Positions 29,505-40,500 of a DNA stretch of 64,000 bases are shown here, piece by piece. Each line of letters opens with the position of its first letter. Position 1 is the stretch's first letter. This DNA comes from a virus: the IMG/VR virus record IMGVR_UViG_3300020477_001105, positions 1 to 64,000 of that record, one strand, 5' to 3'. A program made the translations under genes and the position numbers. The notes below the pieces were generated by a model. The model was given only the letters and a program-made list of their open reading frames with translations. It ran no database searches and was not told where the DNA came from.

Positions 29505-30278
29505 TTAAGCTTCAAGACCCCTCCCGGATAACGGTATAATGGTACCAGATTCAGCGAATACAAGAGACGTGTGTTTTGTTGTATCTGTAGTAGACTCTAT
29601 CGTATCACCATATACAGAAAAATTCTTTATTTCACAATTAGTGACCGCTTTTGATGTGGCGAATCCCATACCAATCTTAATCTTATCCGGTAAACTATCA
29701 CTATATGATCCATGAGTATCTAAATTGTCGAGATCAATAGTCTGATATGTTACATATTTGTTTGTTGTTGGATTCTTAATCTGTACCTTAAGTTGTTTAC
29801 TTTCATTTTGAAGCCATATTCTAACTGATTTGTAAACTATATCGTCCTTACTAGATACATGTTGATGTAGCGTTACTGGTGCTTCAAATGTACTCAGATT
29901 AGGAGTTGTATTTATAACAGCGTAGCTAGATATATTACCTAGTCTAGTTGTTATGCTGTTAGCAGAGAGAGCAGTGTAACCGGCATTGACATTTCCGTCG
30001 CTATATAAATTATAAGCACCTGTCTTGTTATTGTTGACGGTCCCAAATCCACCCTTAACATCCAAACCGACACCTAATAAAGCACCTTGCAACCCATTAT
30101 AGGTGGTAGTTTCACCGTGCATTTTGAATCCACAATCACCAGTGTAATTCGTATAACCTAATGCGTCACCGATACCACCGCCAGAAAAGCCATACGAGGA
30201 GTCATAGAAAAACACACATAAACCTTCACCAGGTTCTACATTTAGCGTCGATAAAGTAGGTGTGAATGTGGCCGGCAT
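29505..30278 (-). CDS. L-type (legume-like) lectin domain protein
   Basis: GEGLCVFF..GGGIGDALGY..LGVGLD..G.F..KIGMGFATS pattern of bacterial L-type lectins. Confidence 0.72.
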   Translation of the reverse strand: MPATFTPTLSTLNVEPGEGLCVFFYDSSYGFSGGGIGDALGYTNYTGDCGFKMHGETTTYNGLQGALLGVGLDVKGGFGTVNNNKTGAYNLYSDGNVNAGYTALSANSITTRLGNISSYAVINTTPNLSTFEAPVTLHQHVSSKDDIVYKSVRIWLQNESKQLKVQIKNPTTNKYVTYQTIDLDNLDTHGSYSDSLPDKIKIGMGFATSKAVTNCEIKNFSVYGDTIESTTDTTKHTSLVFAESGTIIPLSGRGLEA

Positions 30279-30282
30279 TTCA

Positions 30283-33200
30283 TTATCTATTCTTCTTCAA
30301 TTCTTCAATTTCAGCTTTAAGTTCTTTGATAGATTCGATTAATAGCGGTACTAGTCTTTCGTATCTAACACCCATATAACCATCATCACGAGTAACAACC
30401 GCTTCAGGCATAACATCTTCTACCTCTTGAGCTATAACACCAGCATCGTTATAATGGTGCTTGATCAGCAATGGATTAGCTTTATCATTCCATGTAAATG
30501 TATAACCACCAAGTCTATCGACCTTATCTAATGCGCCAGTGATGCGAGTAATATTATCCTTAAGTCTTTCATCAGAACCGTAACTAGCAACAACATCCTC
30601 TGTGAAATAACCGCTACCAGTTACGTGTAATTTGGCTTCTGGTGCGAGGTTACCTAATCCAAGACCTGTCGTAGTCAAGATACCCTGTGTCGCGGCGTTG
30701 ATTTGAAGCTCGAGACTATGATTAGATATTGTTCCGAAGTACCCTCTACTGTTATCCACAGCGGTTCTTACTTTGACGTTGTTAGTAGTATCCTCTATCA
30801 CGAAGACTGGTGATGATGCGCTGGCTATATGGAAATTAACGCTGGGACTAGAGGTTCCTAATCCTAAGTTACCATTAGTATCAAGTCGCATATGTTCAGT
30901 ATCAGCTACACCAAATGCTATCTCAGATGCAGCTGCTGTACCAAATAGACGAACGACATTATCTGTATTATCGTAACCTACGTAAGCTTTTCTCGTATCA
31001 GAATGATGGAACTCTTGATACTTGTATCTACCTGTACTATCAAGTACGGAAACAGTAGAGGTTTCTGAACCACCATCAATTTCTAGTAACTGAGTCGGGG
31101 AGCTTGTTCCGATACCAACTCTTCCTACCTCAGTGATTCGCATACGCTCTGTTGGTGAGAATTGAGCATCAGTATTTTCTGTTCGGAATACAATAATGTT
31201 ATTACTAGAGGCCGTGGCATGGCCACATGCATCCAAGAACAGACCGGCACCAGTAGTACCTACAGCATTTTGCTGAGCAGTATTTGTATCTTTGAGTATA
31301 ATAGCAACATCACCAGCATGCTCAACATTGAGCTTCGGTATCCAACCTTGTGTTGATGTGGGAGTTGTTGTACCGATACCTACGTAACCTGACTCATCTA
31401 AGACCATTCCATTATAGCTACTACCACCAGTATGATATCTCAGAACAACACCAGAGCTATTTGTCTGTGGGTCGAGTACTAAGTCAGCTGTACCTGTAAT
31501 ATTATCAATACCAATCTCAGCACTACCAACAGAAGTTCTCTCAACAACTATCTGGTCACCATCACTACTCTTAACGTGAAGTGCTTTAGATGGTGTAGTT
31601 GTTCCAATGCCTACATAACCAGCAGTTAAGAACGTCATTTGATAATGAGCGGCAGCCGCACTTTGATCATACCAACCTAGTTGAATTTGAGGGTCACCAC
31701 CACCGGTACCAGCACCTCTAATAAATGTATAATCTCGAGTATCGTTATCAGCAGAATTATAGTCATAGAAGTGCACTGCAGGGTATGTTCCTGATAGAGC
31801 TAATACAGCATTACTATGACTCTGTATATGTAATGCATGTGCAGGGTCAGTTGTCCCGATGCCCACGTTTGTTCCAGGGCCTCCACTCGCGGTAGCAATG
31901 GAAAGCTTGCCGTCAGTGCCCATCAGCACAACGTCAGCGCCAGTGTTGGAGAACTGTATACTGCCTTTGGTGACACCTGTGTCAGAGCCAATGAAGATGA
32001 CAGGGTCATTAGTTGCATCACCATTTAAAAGAATCGACCCGTTCGCGTTAGATTCTATTTCTAACGGGTAACTACTCGGGGTTCGCCCGATGCCGATGTG
32101 ACCACCGTCGGAAATTCGCATGCTCTCAGCACCAGAAGCTTCATTTGCGAAGATTATATTATGACCTGAACTGTGATTATGAGTGAATTTTAAATCATTA
32201 GATGTTTGAGATATAGTATGATTTATAGCACTAGAGGTATGAGTTTCACCTAATGTAATTGATCCATTAGCTGTAACATTACCACTGGAACTTAATGTAC
32301 CTTTAACAGTAGCTGTTGCTTGACCGAAGCTGTCTCCACCAACAGAGAAGTATGTACCACTACTACCGACATAAAGGTCAGTAGCATCATCTACAGTCGT
32401 CCCAGTACTACTATAAAAAGCTAACTTCTTAGCTACACCGGAGTTGATGGTACCAGAACCACCTCCACCTCCACCGCCAGAGCTGGTAAGAACTGTCATC
32501 CACGTACCACCTTCATTCTTAGCTTCAATAGTACCGCCATTGTCTCTAATACCATACCCAGACTCTCCAGTTTCAGTATTAAAGTTAATATATTGAGCAC
32601 GACCGAGAATTACTTGCTTGCCACTAATTGTTCCATTAACGGTTAATGAATGTGCATGATCAGGCACACAGCCAATAGCCACTGCCCCGGATGTACCTTT
32701 CTGGAGTGACATGATTATACCGTCATGCTCGTCATAGAAATCATATCCCATCCCAACAGTATTACCACTAAATGCTAAATTACCTGTAGTAGCATTCTTG
32801 GTCATGCTATATAGCTCAGATCCTTTCTGTAGCACTACTAACGGGTCACCATCATTTGTAGGGTCTTCAATATGAAGAGGTGCGATTGGTGAAGTAATTC
32901 CAATACCAACATTACCGGATGCATCAACTCGTACTGCTTCTGTGTCAGCAGTACCAAGCGCTAATTGTGAACTAGCTGATGTCGCAAATACACGAGTAAT
33001 GTTATCTGTGTTATCATATCCTACATAACCTGCTCTTACAGTAGAATCGTATAATTCGAAATTCTTATGTCTACCAGTACTATCAATCTTAACTCTCGAA
33101 GTAACATCAGCAACTCCATTAACAGATACATGGCGAGCACTTAATGATTCACTAGCGCTGAGGCAACCAACAACAGATACATTTACATCTGGTGCAGCCG

Positions 33201-34533
33201 TTCCTAGGCCGACATTACCGTTATTATCAATTCGAACGCGCTCGAGATCATTAGTCCAGAATGTTAAAGGTCTATTTTCACGGTACCGAACGAGAGCGCA
33301 ATTAAGATCATCATTTACTCCAACAGAAAACCCAGTGGAATCTTCACTATTTGTAAAATGAACATATGAATAATCATTAGCATATATATGAAGAGGGTAG
33401 GCCGGTACGCTAATACCAATACCAACATAATTAGTAGACCCATTCCAGGTCATTATGCTGGTACCGTCCCAATCTTTAACTGCTAATGTATTAGTACCAC
33501 CTTCTAGTTGGAAGTGTTGATTTGAACCAAGTGCTCTTAAATATAAACTACCATATGCACTAATACTTCCTGCGACAGTTAGCATCTGTTCAGGTGTAGT
33601 AGTCCCGATGCCGACGCTACCACCAGTAGTGACAACCATTCTAGTTGAGCTATTAACGTGGTCGTAAAAAGAAAGTACTTGAGCACCTACATCATCATTT
33701 CGCACACTCCACATATCAGCATTGTTCTGTGCGAATGTTAAATTAGTATTTCCACTAGCGCTACTAGCGAGAAGGAGCGTAGGTGCAGCACCTGATACAG
33801 CTAAACCATCACATCTAGCGTCACCAGTTACATCCAGTTTGTAACTTGGTGAAGTTGCCCCCGTGCCTATGCCAACTTTACCGTCAGAATTAATACTGAC
33901 AAAACCTGTGGCGCGTGAAGTATCTGAACCAACATGTATCTTGTTAGTGCCATCAATCCAAAGAAAGTTTATTGCGTTTCCTGCTGCATTCTTCGAACTG
34001 AAAGAGTAATTATTGTCGACTCTGACTTCACCACCTGTAACTTGCAATTTAGTATCCGGCGCAGCAGTCCCAATGCCGACGTTACCACCAGCAAGTATGG
34101 TTACCCGGTCACCCGCACCCCGCTCATAAAATCTCAAACTATCACTAGAATTGTGAGAATACATAGACCACTCAGAAGTAGCATTATATAATTGCAGCTC
34201 AACATTCGATGCATTACCCGCTGACATAATCATCTGCGTCGTTGCATGTCCACCATATAAATGAAGTTTAGCTGCAGGGCTGTTCGTCCCGATGCCGACG
34301 TTACCAGAATTAGTATTAACAATATCATTTGTATTACGAGATACCCAGTGTCCAGAAAGATACTGAGAGCTCATTTGAGTCATGAGCGTGTATGCCTCAC
34401 CGCCCTTTAACCCAGAAGCTGGAATCTTAAAAGTCTGTAGCGTGCCACCGTTATTAATGGTGACTGGAATCAATTCACCACCGTCTGTGTCGTAACTAGC
34501 AGGAATATTGTTTAATTGGCTAATTCTTGGCAT
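30283..34533 (-). CDS. long tail fibre with GNVGIGT repeats and S74 chaperone
   Basis: RISQL N-terminus, about a dozen G.VGIGT units, a poly-Gly hinge and a GSDERLK chaperone. Confidence 0.9.
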   Translation of the reverse strand: MPRISQLNNIPASYDTDGGELIPVTINNGGTLQTFKIPASGLKGGEAYTLMTQMSSQYLSGHWVSRNTNDIVNTNSGNVGIGTNSPAAKLHLYGGHATTQMIMSAGNASNVELQLYNATSEWSMYSHNSSDSLRFYERGAGDRVTILAGGNVGIGTAAPDTKLQVTGGEVRVDNNYSFSSKNAAGNAINFLWIDGTNKIHVGSDTSRATGFVSINSDGKVGIGTGATSPSYKLDVTGDARCDGLAVSGAAPTLLLASSASGNTNLTFAQNNADMWSVRNDDVGAQVLSFYDHVNSSTRMVVTTGGSVGIGTTTPEQMLTVAGSISAYGSLYLRALGSNQHFQLEGGTNTLAVKDWDGTSIMTWNGSTNYVGIGISVPAYPLHIYANDYSYVHFTNSEDSTGFSVGVNDDLNCALVRYRENRPLTFWTNDLERVRIDNNGNVGLGTAAPDVNVSVVGCLSASESLSARHVSVNGVADVTSRVKIDSTGRHKNFELYDSTVRAGYVGYDNTDNITRVFATSASSQLALGTADTEAVRVDASGNVGIGITSPIAPLHIEDPTNDGDPLVVLQKGSELYSMTKNATTGNLAFSGNTVGMGYDFYDEHDGIIMSLQKGTSGAVAIGCVPDHAHSLTVNGTISGKQVILGRAQYINFNTETGESGYGIRDNGGTIEAKNEGGTWMTVLTSSGGGGGGGSGTINSGVAKKLAFYSSTGTTVDDATDLYVGSSGTYFSVGGDSFGQATATVKGTLSSSGNVTANGSITLGETHTSSAINHTISQTSNDLKFTHNHSSGHNIIFANEASGAESMRISDGGHIGIGRTPSSYPLEIESNANGSILLNGDATNDPVIFIGSDTGVTKGSIQFSNTGADVVLMGTDGKLSIATASGGPGTNVGIGTTDPAHALHIQSHSNAVLALSGTYPAVHFYDYNSADNDTRDYTFIRGAGTGGGDPQIQLGWYDQSAAAAHYQMTFLTAGYVGIGTTTPSKALHVKSSDGDQIVVERTSVGSAEIGIDNITGTADLVLDPQTNSSGVVLRYHTGGSSYNGMVLDESGYVGIGTTTPTSTQGWIPKLNVEHAGDVAIILKDTNTAQQNAVGTTGAGLFLDACGHATASSNNIIVFRTENTDAQFSPTERMRITEVGRVGIGTSSPTQLLEIDGGSETSTVSVLDSTGRYKYQEFHHSDTRKAYVGYDNTDNVVRLFGTAAASEIAFGVADTEHMRLDTNGNLGLGTSSPSVNFHIASASSPVFVIEDTTNNVKVRTAVDNSRGYFGTISNHSLELQINAATQGILTTTGLGLGNLAPEAKLHVTGSGYFTEDVVASYGSDERLKDNITRITGALDKVDRLGGYTFTWNDKANPLLIKHHYNDAGVIAQEVEDVMPEAVVTRDDGYMGVRYERLVPLLIESIKELKAEIEELKKNR

Positions 34534-34565
34534 ATATGTATCCTGTATTATTATTTATATCGTCA

Positions 34566-37559
34566 CTAAGCGTCTCCAAATATGATAGTGTCATCTTCTT
34601 TAAATACGGGGTTTCCGTCCTCTTGCAATAATCCACCGATATCGTCGATAACCATCGCATATGCTGTGTTTGCTGCAGTATTTGTATAGAATGCGACATC
34701 AAAACAAACAGCAATATCACGTGCACCTGCTCCGGCGCTCAATGCTAAATTGTAAAGTAAATATGATACATTATGTGTATATGGACCAATATCAGTTGAT
34801 GCTACAGATGTCCATGTATGTTCGTTCCCAACCTGATATGTCTCCCTATTAGACCCTAATAATAATGAGTCTCTATCAGGGTCAATGGAATAAGTGTGAC
34901 AAGTCCGCCCTGATACTGGGTTAGTAGAACCACCTACCCCTGGAATCCCTTCATCGTACATTACAGTTCCAGGAACAGTATCACCAGATGTAGATGCATA
35001 ATCGGATAAGTTATAGTTAAACACGTTAATATCTGGCTTAATTAATCCTACCTGCTTAACGGTATAGCTACTCTTATCTGCTGTGTCGAAGTAATAATTA
35101 TGTAAGTACTGATAATTACAGTTATCTGTACCAAAAAATGTAAAGCTTAGTGTTTGATCATTGGAATTATGCCATACTGATGGTCTGTCGATCTCAGTAA
35201 TGTTAATCTCTTCTCCTGAACCAGATAGTGTAAAGCCTTTGCTACTCAAAAATTGATATGTTGTAGCCATATCATCAACAGCATCACTGGAAACTGTCGG
35301 TAGCAGTGTGTCTAGGGTAAGCACTGGTTCAAAGTGATTTGTACCGATATTAAATCGATACATCTCAGGGTATATGATCTTATAGTTAGAACCGGATAGA
35401 TAAGGATGTAAAGCAGTCTTTGATAAGATAATATCATTACTAGGTTCATTATACCACGGGTCAGCAAACTTTACAATATTAGCATTGTCACCGGATAACG
35501 AAAGGTATATTTGTTGTCCAAGATCTGTTGTAAATACGCCTGAAGAGTGGTCGTAATTAAATTTCTCTAAAACTAAGAAATTTTGAGTCTCTATAACTAT
35601 AACGTTCTGTATTAAATCAAAGTTTTTAATTTTATAGTGAAGCTCATCAATAATGTCAGTTGTATTTGAGTACTTGACAAATACTGCGCTTAAAGCAGAT
35701 GATACAGAATCAATAATAGTCGACTGCCCGTTTCTAAAAAATAATCTACCATATACATTGTCCTGTCTATCATAGATAGGCTTGTCTACAGTTAATGTAT
35801 CTGCTCTACTATCATATTGTGTAGTAAACGCTGATAGTTGATGATTAAAGTATCTATACTCTGGTGTAGTAAATGCATTGGTATAATCAGCTGATAACCC
35901 AGAAACACTGAATGGGTTATTACTTTCATTGCTCCAATCCGAAACACGGGCTTTATTGAAGTTAGAATTTACTTGATCAGTTGTTTTTCTAGCAGGTGTT
36001 ATCTTTTTATAAAGCGCGTATTCATTACCAAAGATGTCCGTCTTCCATTCATATGCTACTTCATCAGTTACTAATAAGTCTTGGATTTTATCAGATACAG
36101 GTATATCTTTTAAAGGTAAGATAGGATATACATCTTCATTACCCCATATTGATTCTACATCTCCTGACCATAGATCAATATTGTCTGTAGATTTGCTTAC
36201 ACCGCCTGGTTGATATTGTAATGTTTCCTCTCTGGATTGATAAGGGTAAAATTTTTGTAGCGATTTATCGTTAACAATATCACCTTGTTGAGAGCTAGCT
36301 TTATTGGCGCGAATACTAGTAACATCATCAGCATGTTTAACAGGAGATAATTGATCAGCCTGAGTATTACCTCTACCTGGACCATATTCATCTGGATCCG
36401 GAAATATGTATAGAGTATTTGGCTCTAACTTACTCTGATCATATGTATATGTTAAAACGACACTAGAATAATTAATAATGCCTAACTTGTCAGGTGTAAA
36501 AAACCCACCAATTTCTTTAATTGATTTTAAATGTGATGTGCTAGGGACAGAAGCATGTGTTGGATAATATCTATTTAAAATATTAGCAATGGGATGAGAT
36601 GGTTCAAACAGTGTCCCAGATAATGTCTCAGTTTGTGTGTTACCAGTCGATAGGTAGCAATACTTAGTACCGGAAAACTTCTCAATTAATTGCTTTTGAT
36701 AATTTAACGCTAAGTCATCTTTTGTTTTACCTGTACCAACAAAATTCTTTTCAGGTAAATTTTCTATATCCGTACGTACCGTATTAAAGGTAAGATTTAA
36801 TCCACCAGAAGATGTTATATCGTCGCCAGCACTTGACGTCAACAGTATCGGTATTTCCTCGAACAACTTTTGTATTGCTTCGGTAAAATTTAAATATAAA
36901 TTAGGGTCAACATTCTCAACATTGCTGTTAAAGAGAGTATGACGAGTATCCTGACTAGTGTTGTACTCGCTAGCATCAACATCAGGGCTATTATCGAAAT
37001 AATTTGGATATTCATCATACAACGAATCGACCTCAACGACCATGTCTCTATCAATAGCAGACGTCGGTGGAATGTACGTATTAGGGTAGTCTTTAGTAAA
37101 TTCTACAGATCTAAGTTGATCTATAATAATATCTTTAATTGTGTTTCTGGCTCCAGCTTCACTCCCTTTAAAACTGTGCTTAATTTTCGCATGCTTAACA
37201 TCGGTTCTCTTTCTAATAAAATACTGTGTTACTTGTTTTAGCTTCTTAACGAAGTATGGTATTACAATATCTAATTCTCTCTTATCTGTATAGTCGATGT
37301 TAAGTAGAAATCTCTTCTCGTCTGCAGTTGAATAGTCAATAGCAATTTGTTTAAGTAGCTCAATATATACGTTATCAATATATTGACCCTGGTTAATCTT
37401 CTCTGCCTTTTTTTCAGTATACCAATCAGCTACATAATCATTATACTGTTTAAATAACTGTGTTTCACTGAAGCGTGCTGTGTCCGCAAGTGTTTGTAAC
37501 CAGTCGATATACGATACTGGTCTATCTTCACTCTCTAATTTTGACGGATTATCAGCCAT
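34566..37559 (-). CDS. large peripheral baseplate protein
   Basis: Lies between wedge and fibre genes; TAAATA upstream; C-terminal LLQEDG motif. Confidence 0.6.
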   Translation of the reverse strand: MADNPSKLESEDRPVSYIDWLQTLADTARFSETQLFKQYNDYVADWYTEKKAEKINQGQYIDNVYIELLKQIAIDYSTADEKRFLLNIDYTDKRELDIVIPYFVKKLKQVTQYFIRKRTDVKHAKIKHSFKGSEAGARNTIKDIIIDQLRSVEFTKDYPNTYIPPTSAIDRDMVVEVDSLYDEYPNYFDNSPDVDASEYNTSQDTRHTLFNSNVENVDPNLYLNFTEAIQKLFEEIPILLTSSAGDDITSSGGLNLTFNTVRTDIENLPEKNFVGTGKTKDDLALNYQKQLIEKFSGTKYCYLSTGNTQTETLSGTLFEPSHPIANILNRYYPTHASVPSTSHLKSIKEIGGFFTPDKLGIINYSSVVLTYTYDQSKLEPNTLYIFPDPDEYGPGRGNTQADQLSPVKHADDVTSIRANKASSQQGDIVNDKSLQKFYPYQSREETLQYQPGGVSKSTDNIDLWSGDVESIWGNEDVYPILPLKDIPVSDKIQDLLVTDEVAYEWKTDIFGNEYALYKKITPARKTTDQVNSNFNKARVSDWSNESNNPFSVSGLSADYTNAFTTPEYRYFNHQLSAFTTQYDSRADTLTVDKPIYDRQDNVYGRLFFRNGQSTIIDSVSSALSAVFVKYSNTTDIIDELHYKIKNFDLIQNVIVIETQNFLVLEKFNYDHSSGVFTTDLGQQIYLSLSGDNANIVKFADPWYNEPSNDIILSKTALHPYLSGSNYKIIYPEMYRFNIGTNHFEPVLTLDTLLPTVSSDAVDDMATTYQFLSSKGFTLSGSGEEINITEIDRPSVWHNSNDQTLSFTFFGTDNCNYQYLHNYYFDTADKSSYTVKQVGLIKPDINVFNYNLSDYASTSGDTVPGTVMYDEGIPGVGGSTNPVSGRTCHTYSIDPDRDSLLLGSNRETYQVGNEHTWTSVASTDIGPYTHNVSYLLYNLALSAGAGARDIAVCFDVAFYTNTAANTAYAMVIDDIGGLLQEDGNPVFKEDDTIIFGDA

Positions 37560-37579
37560 ATAATTATATTTAATTTACA

Positions 37580-40500
37580 TTATTGATACTCGGATGTGCC
37601 AGCAGATATAGAATCTGTAAACATATTCAACCCTCTTCTAAGTTCATAATCGAGCATAACGTCAATTATTCCATCATCTTCAGCCCACGTATTAATGTGA
37701 CTCAATTCCTTAACCGTTGTCAGTGAATTTTCCCAGTCAATTAATCCCTCTTGCTGTGTGTTATTATACTCTTCGTTATATGAATAAAATTTATAATATT
37801 CCTTAATATCGAGACCGTTAATGTCGTTGTATAATCCCCATCCCCAGTTAACATGGTAACTGCTCAAAGGATACGCAGACACAAGTGATATACCATTAGC
37901 GGTTGCTGAAAATGGTTCGGACCCGGTACCAGATAAATACATTGGGTTAATTAATTTAAATTGACTATCGTATAACTGCTTTGCTACTAATTTAGTACCA
38001 GCTGAGACCATATATGTACTTGCATCTAGTTCATCTACATGATAGGCAGTTAAGTTATTAGTTACAACAGTCTTTAACCCAATATTAATCGGTCTAGTAG
38101 CAGGAGCGAGCTCATTACTATTATAACCTGCAAATTCACTCAAGCTCTCAAAATCACGGGCATACTTACTACGATCACCCCATAAATGTTTGCGATGTAC
38201 GGATGCTAAATCCATTACTCGCTTAATGCTAGCTGGGTATCCAAATTTATAATTTTCTATAGGTACATCAAACTGATCACAAATTGAATATAATGCATCT
38301 ATTGTGCATGTATCTATATCATTGTGATTTTGTACGAAATTAGATATCTTCTCATATACAACCTTACCAAGTTCAGTAGGTTGCGAGCTAAGGGTACCAA
38401 CTGATATACCGATAATATCATTGAACAGCTTATTATAATTCTTTAAAAATGGTTGCTGTCTGTAAGATTTAATAGTCTCTGCTGGGTCAAAGTCTTCTCC
38501 GAATTTGTTAATACTGTATTGACCTGTCGACGGGTAAATGGTGAATGTATTGTTTCCAGTAACTACTCGTTGACCTTGAACCTGTATGTATTTGTTAAAC
38601 CATTCATATCCAGTCCAGTCACCAATAGCTTGATACATATTTGACCCAATACCGGCTGTAGTTTGATCTTCATCAATATATTGTATAGAAGACAGTGACA
38701 TATTATATAGAGGTAAATAATGTATTCGATTTTCAAATGAATTAATTACCCATAGCCTATTGTAAAAGTCACACGTGATACCACCTAGATGTTGTTTAAC
38801 GCCGCGAATTTCTCTTTGAGCTCCCTTACCACCAGACAGTTCAACGAAATCAGTATCTAATATAGGTATATTTTTATCTATTTGCCCAGCTGATGTGATG
38901 CGTGTTACAGTATTAGTATCATGCGTCACCCATGCGTTCTGGTGATTGTCTACAACTATATAGCTAGGTATGTGAAAACCGGAGACTTTATGTAGTAATG
39001 TCCCTGATGAGTCAAATTTATATACATTATCAGACTCATACGATTTTACTGTTACAGCACCAGTGGCACCTGTACCATCTTCTGTACTATGTACAGTTAT
39101 GTTTCGGCTAGCTTGTGATGAATGTACTAGTCCAGCATACGGGTGAACTTCTACGTTGAAGTTACCGGCAACCCGGCTGGGAGCATCATGAGCCGACACT
39201 GCTTGAATTATCCACCAACCGTTATAGTTACATTGAATACCGGCTGGATCTCTCATAGGATTAGTAAACGTCCCTCCTGGTATGTGAATCAACTGACCAG
39301 GCTCAAAATTCGCTCCAGCGGCCCCCAATTCATCTGCGAACTGAAAGTCGTATACGTGGTCTAATTTCTTAGCTTCAATAACACCTGTCTTTTCACTTAG
39401 AACGTTTCTGATAAAATGTTTTTGCGTCGCTACCCATATATTATTATCATTATCTACAACTATATCAGTAGGAGCTTCGTAATCAGGAAAATCATACTTG
39501 ACAATGGCGCTACATGGGTCTACGGATGTATCATACTTTATAATAAACCCGTTAAGTGGATTAGAATATGCAATCCATATATTATCATCTAAATCACAAT
39601 CAACAGTGGTAGGTTCTGTTAGATTGAATCCTGCTAACCCGCTAGTAGCACTAACCGTTGTTGTGAACGAAGGACCTGTGTCCTCCCTCCAGCTAGTTAA
39701 AACTGTGTTGTATGTTACGTTTGAATCATCTCTAATAACCCTATCAACGTACCCTGTGTCAGGATCGATGCGAACTACTAGGTTACCGTCGTGCATTGGG
39801 ACCCACAACCGCTTTTCACTGTCGATAGTGATATCACTAGGTGTTAATCTATCTGGTGAATCTTTGTCATTAATGCTAATTAATGTCGCACTTGTAGTTA
39901 TCGAGCTGGTTGTTATTTGAACTTTCTGACTGAAGTCAAATGTGCTCAGTAACTCCATATTATTATTATATTTGAATACCTTATCGTTATGAGAGTCTGC
40001 AAAATATGCATACACTTTATTATTCAAATAACTAGCAGTAACTGGTACAACGGATACAGGATAATATCCTCCTGCTGACAATAGCGTTTCAGTTCTATTT
40101 CCGGGCAATGAAGTATTAATAACTCCAGAGTCACCGTCAAATTCATATTGCTCACCAGGTGCTACTCTATATACATTATCAAATTCTGGATTAGTTAAAT
40201 ATCCAAATAAAATGTCTCTATCATTATGAGCAGGATCGTTGATTACAACTTCACCCTTAAGCGAGACATTATCACCAACTTCTCTCGGTATAAAATATCC
40301 TCTATATGTACTCTCAATAGAATTAGGTAACTGCCCATCTTTTGTTCTAAAGAAATCTGCTGACAGCAACCTCGTATTAGTACCAGTACTACAGCTACTT
40401 ACGACACTGACGTTTACAACCCACGTACTAGAGTTAGGGGTAGTAGATGAATTAATAGACAACGCAGGGTAATCTTCAGCTCTAGAATTATATTGGTTCA

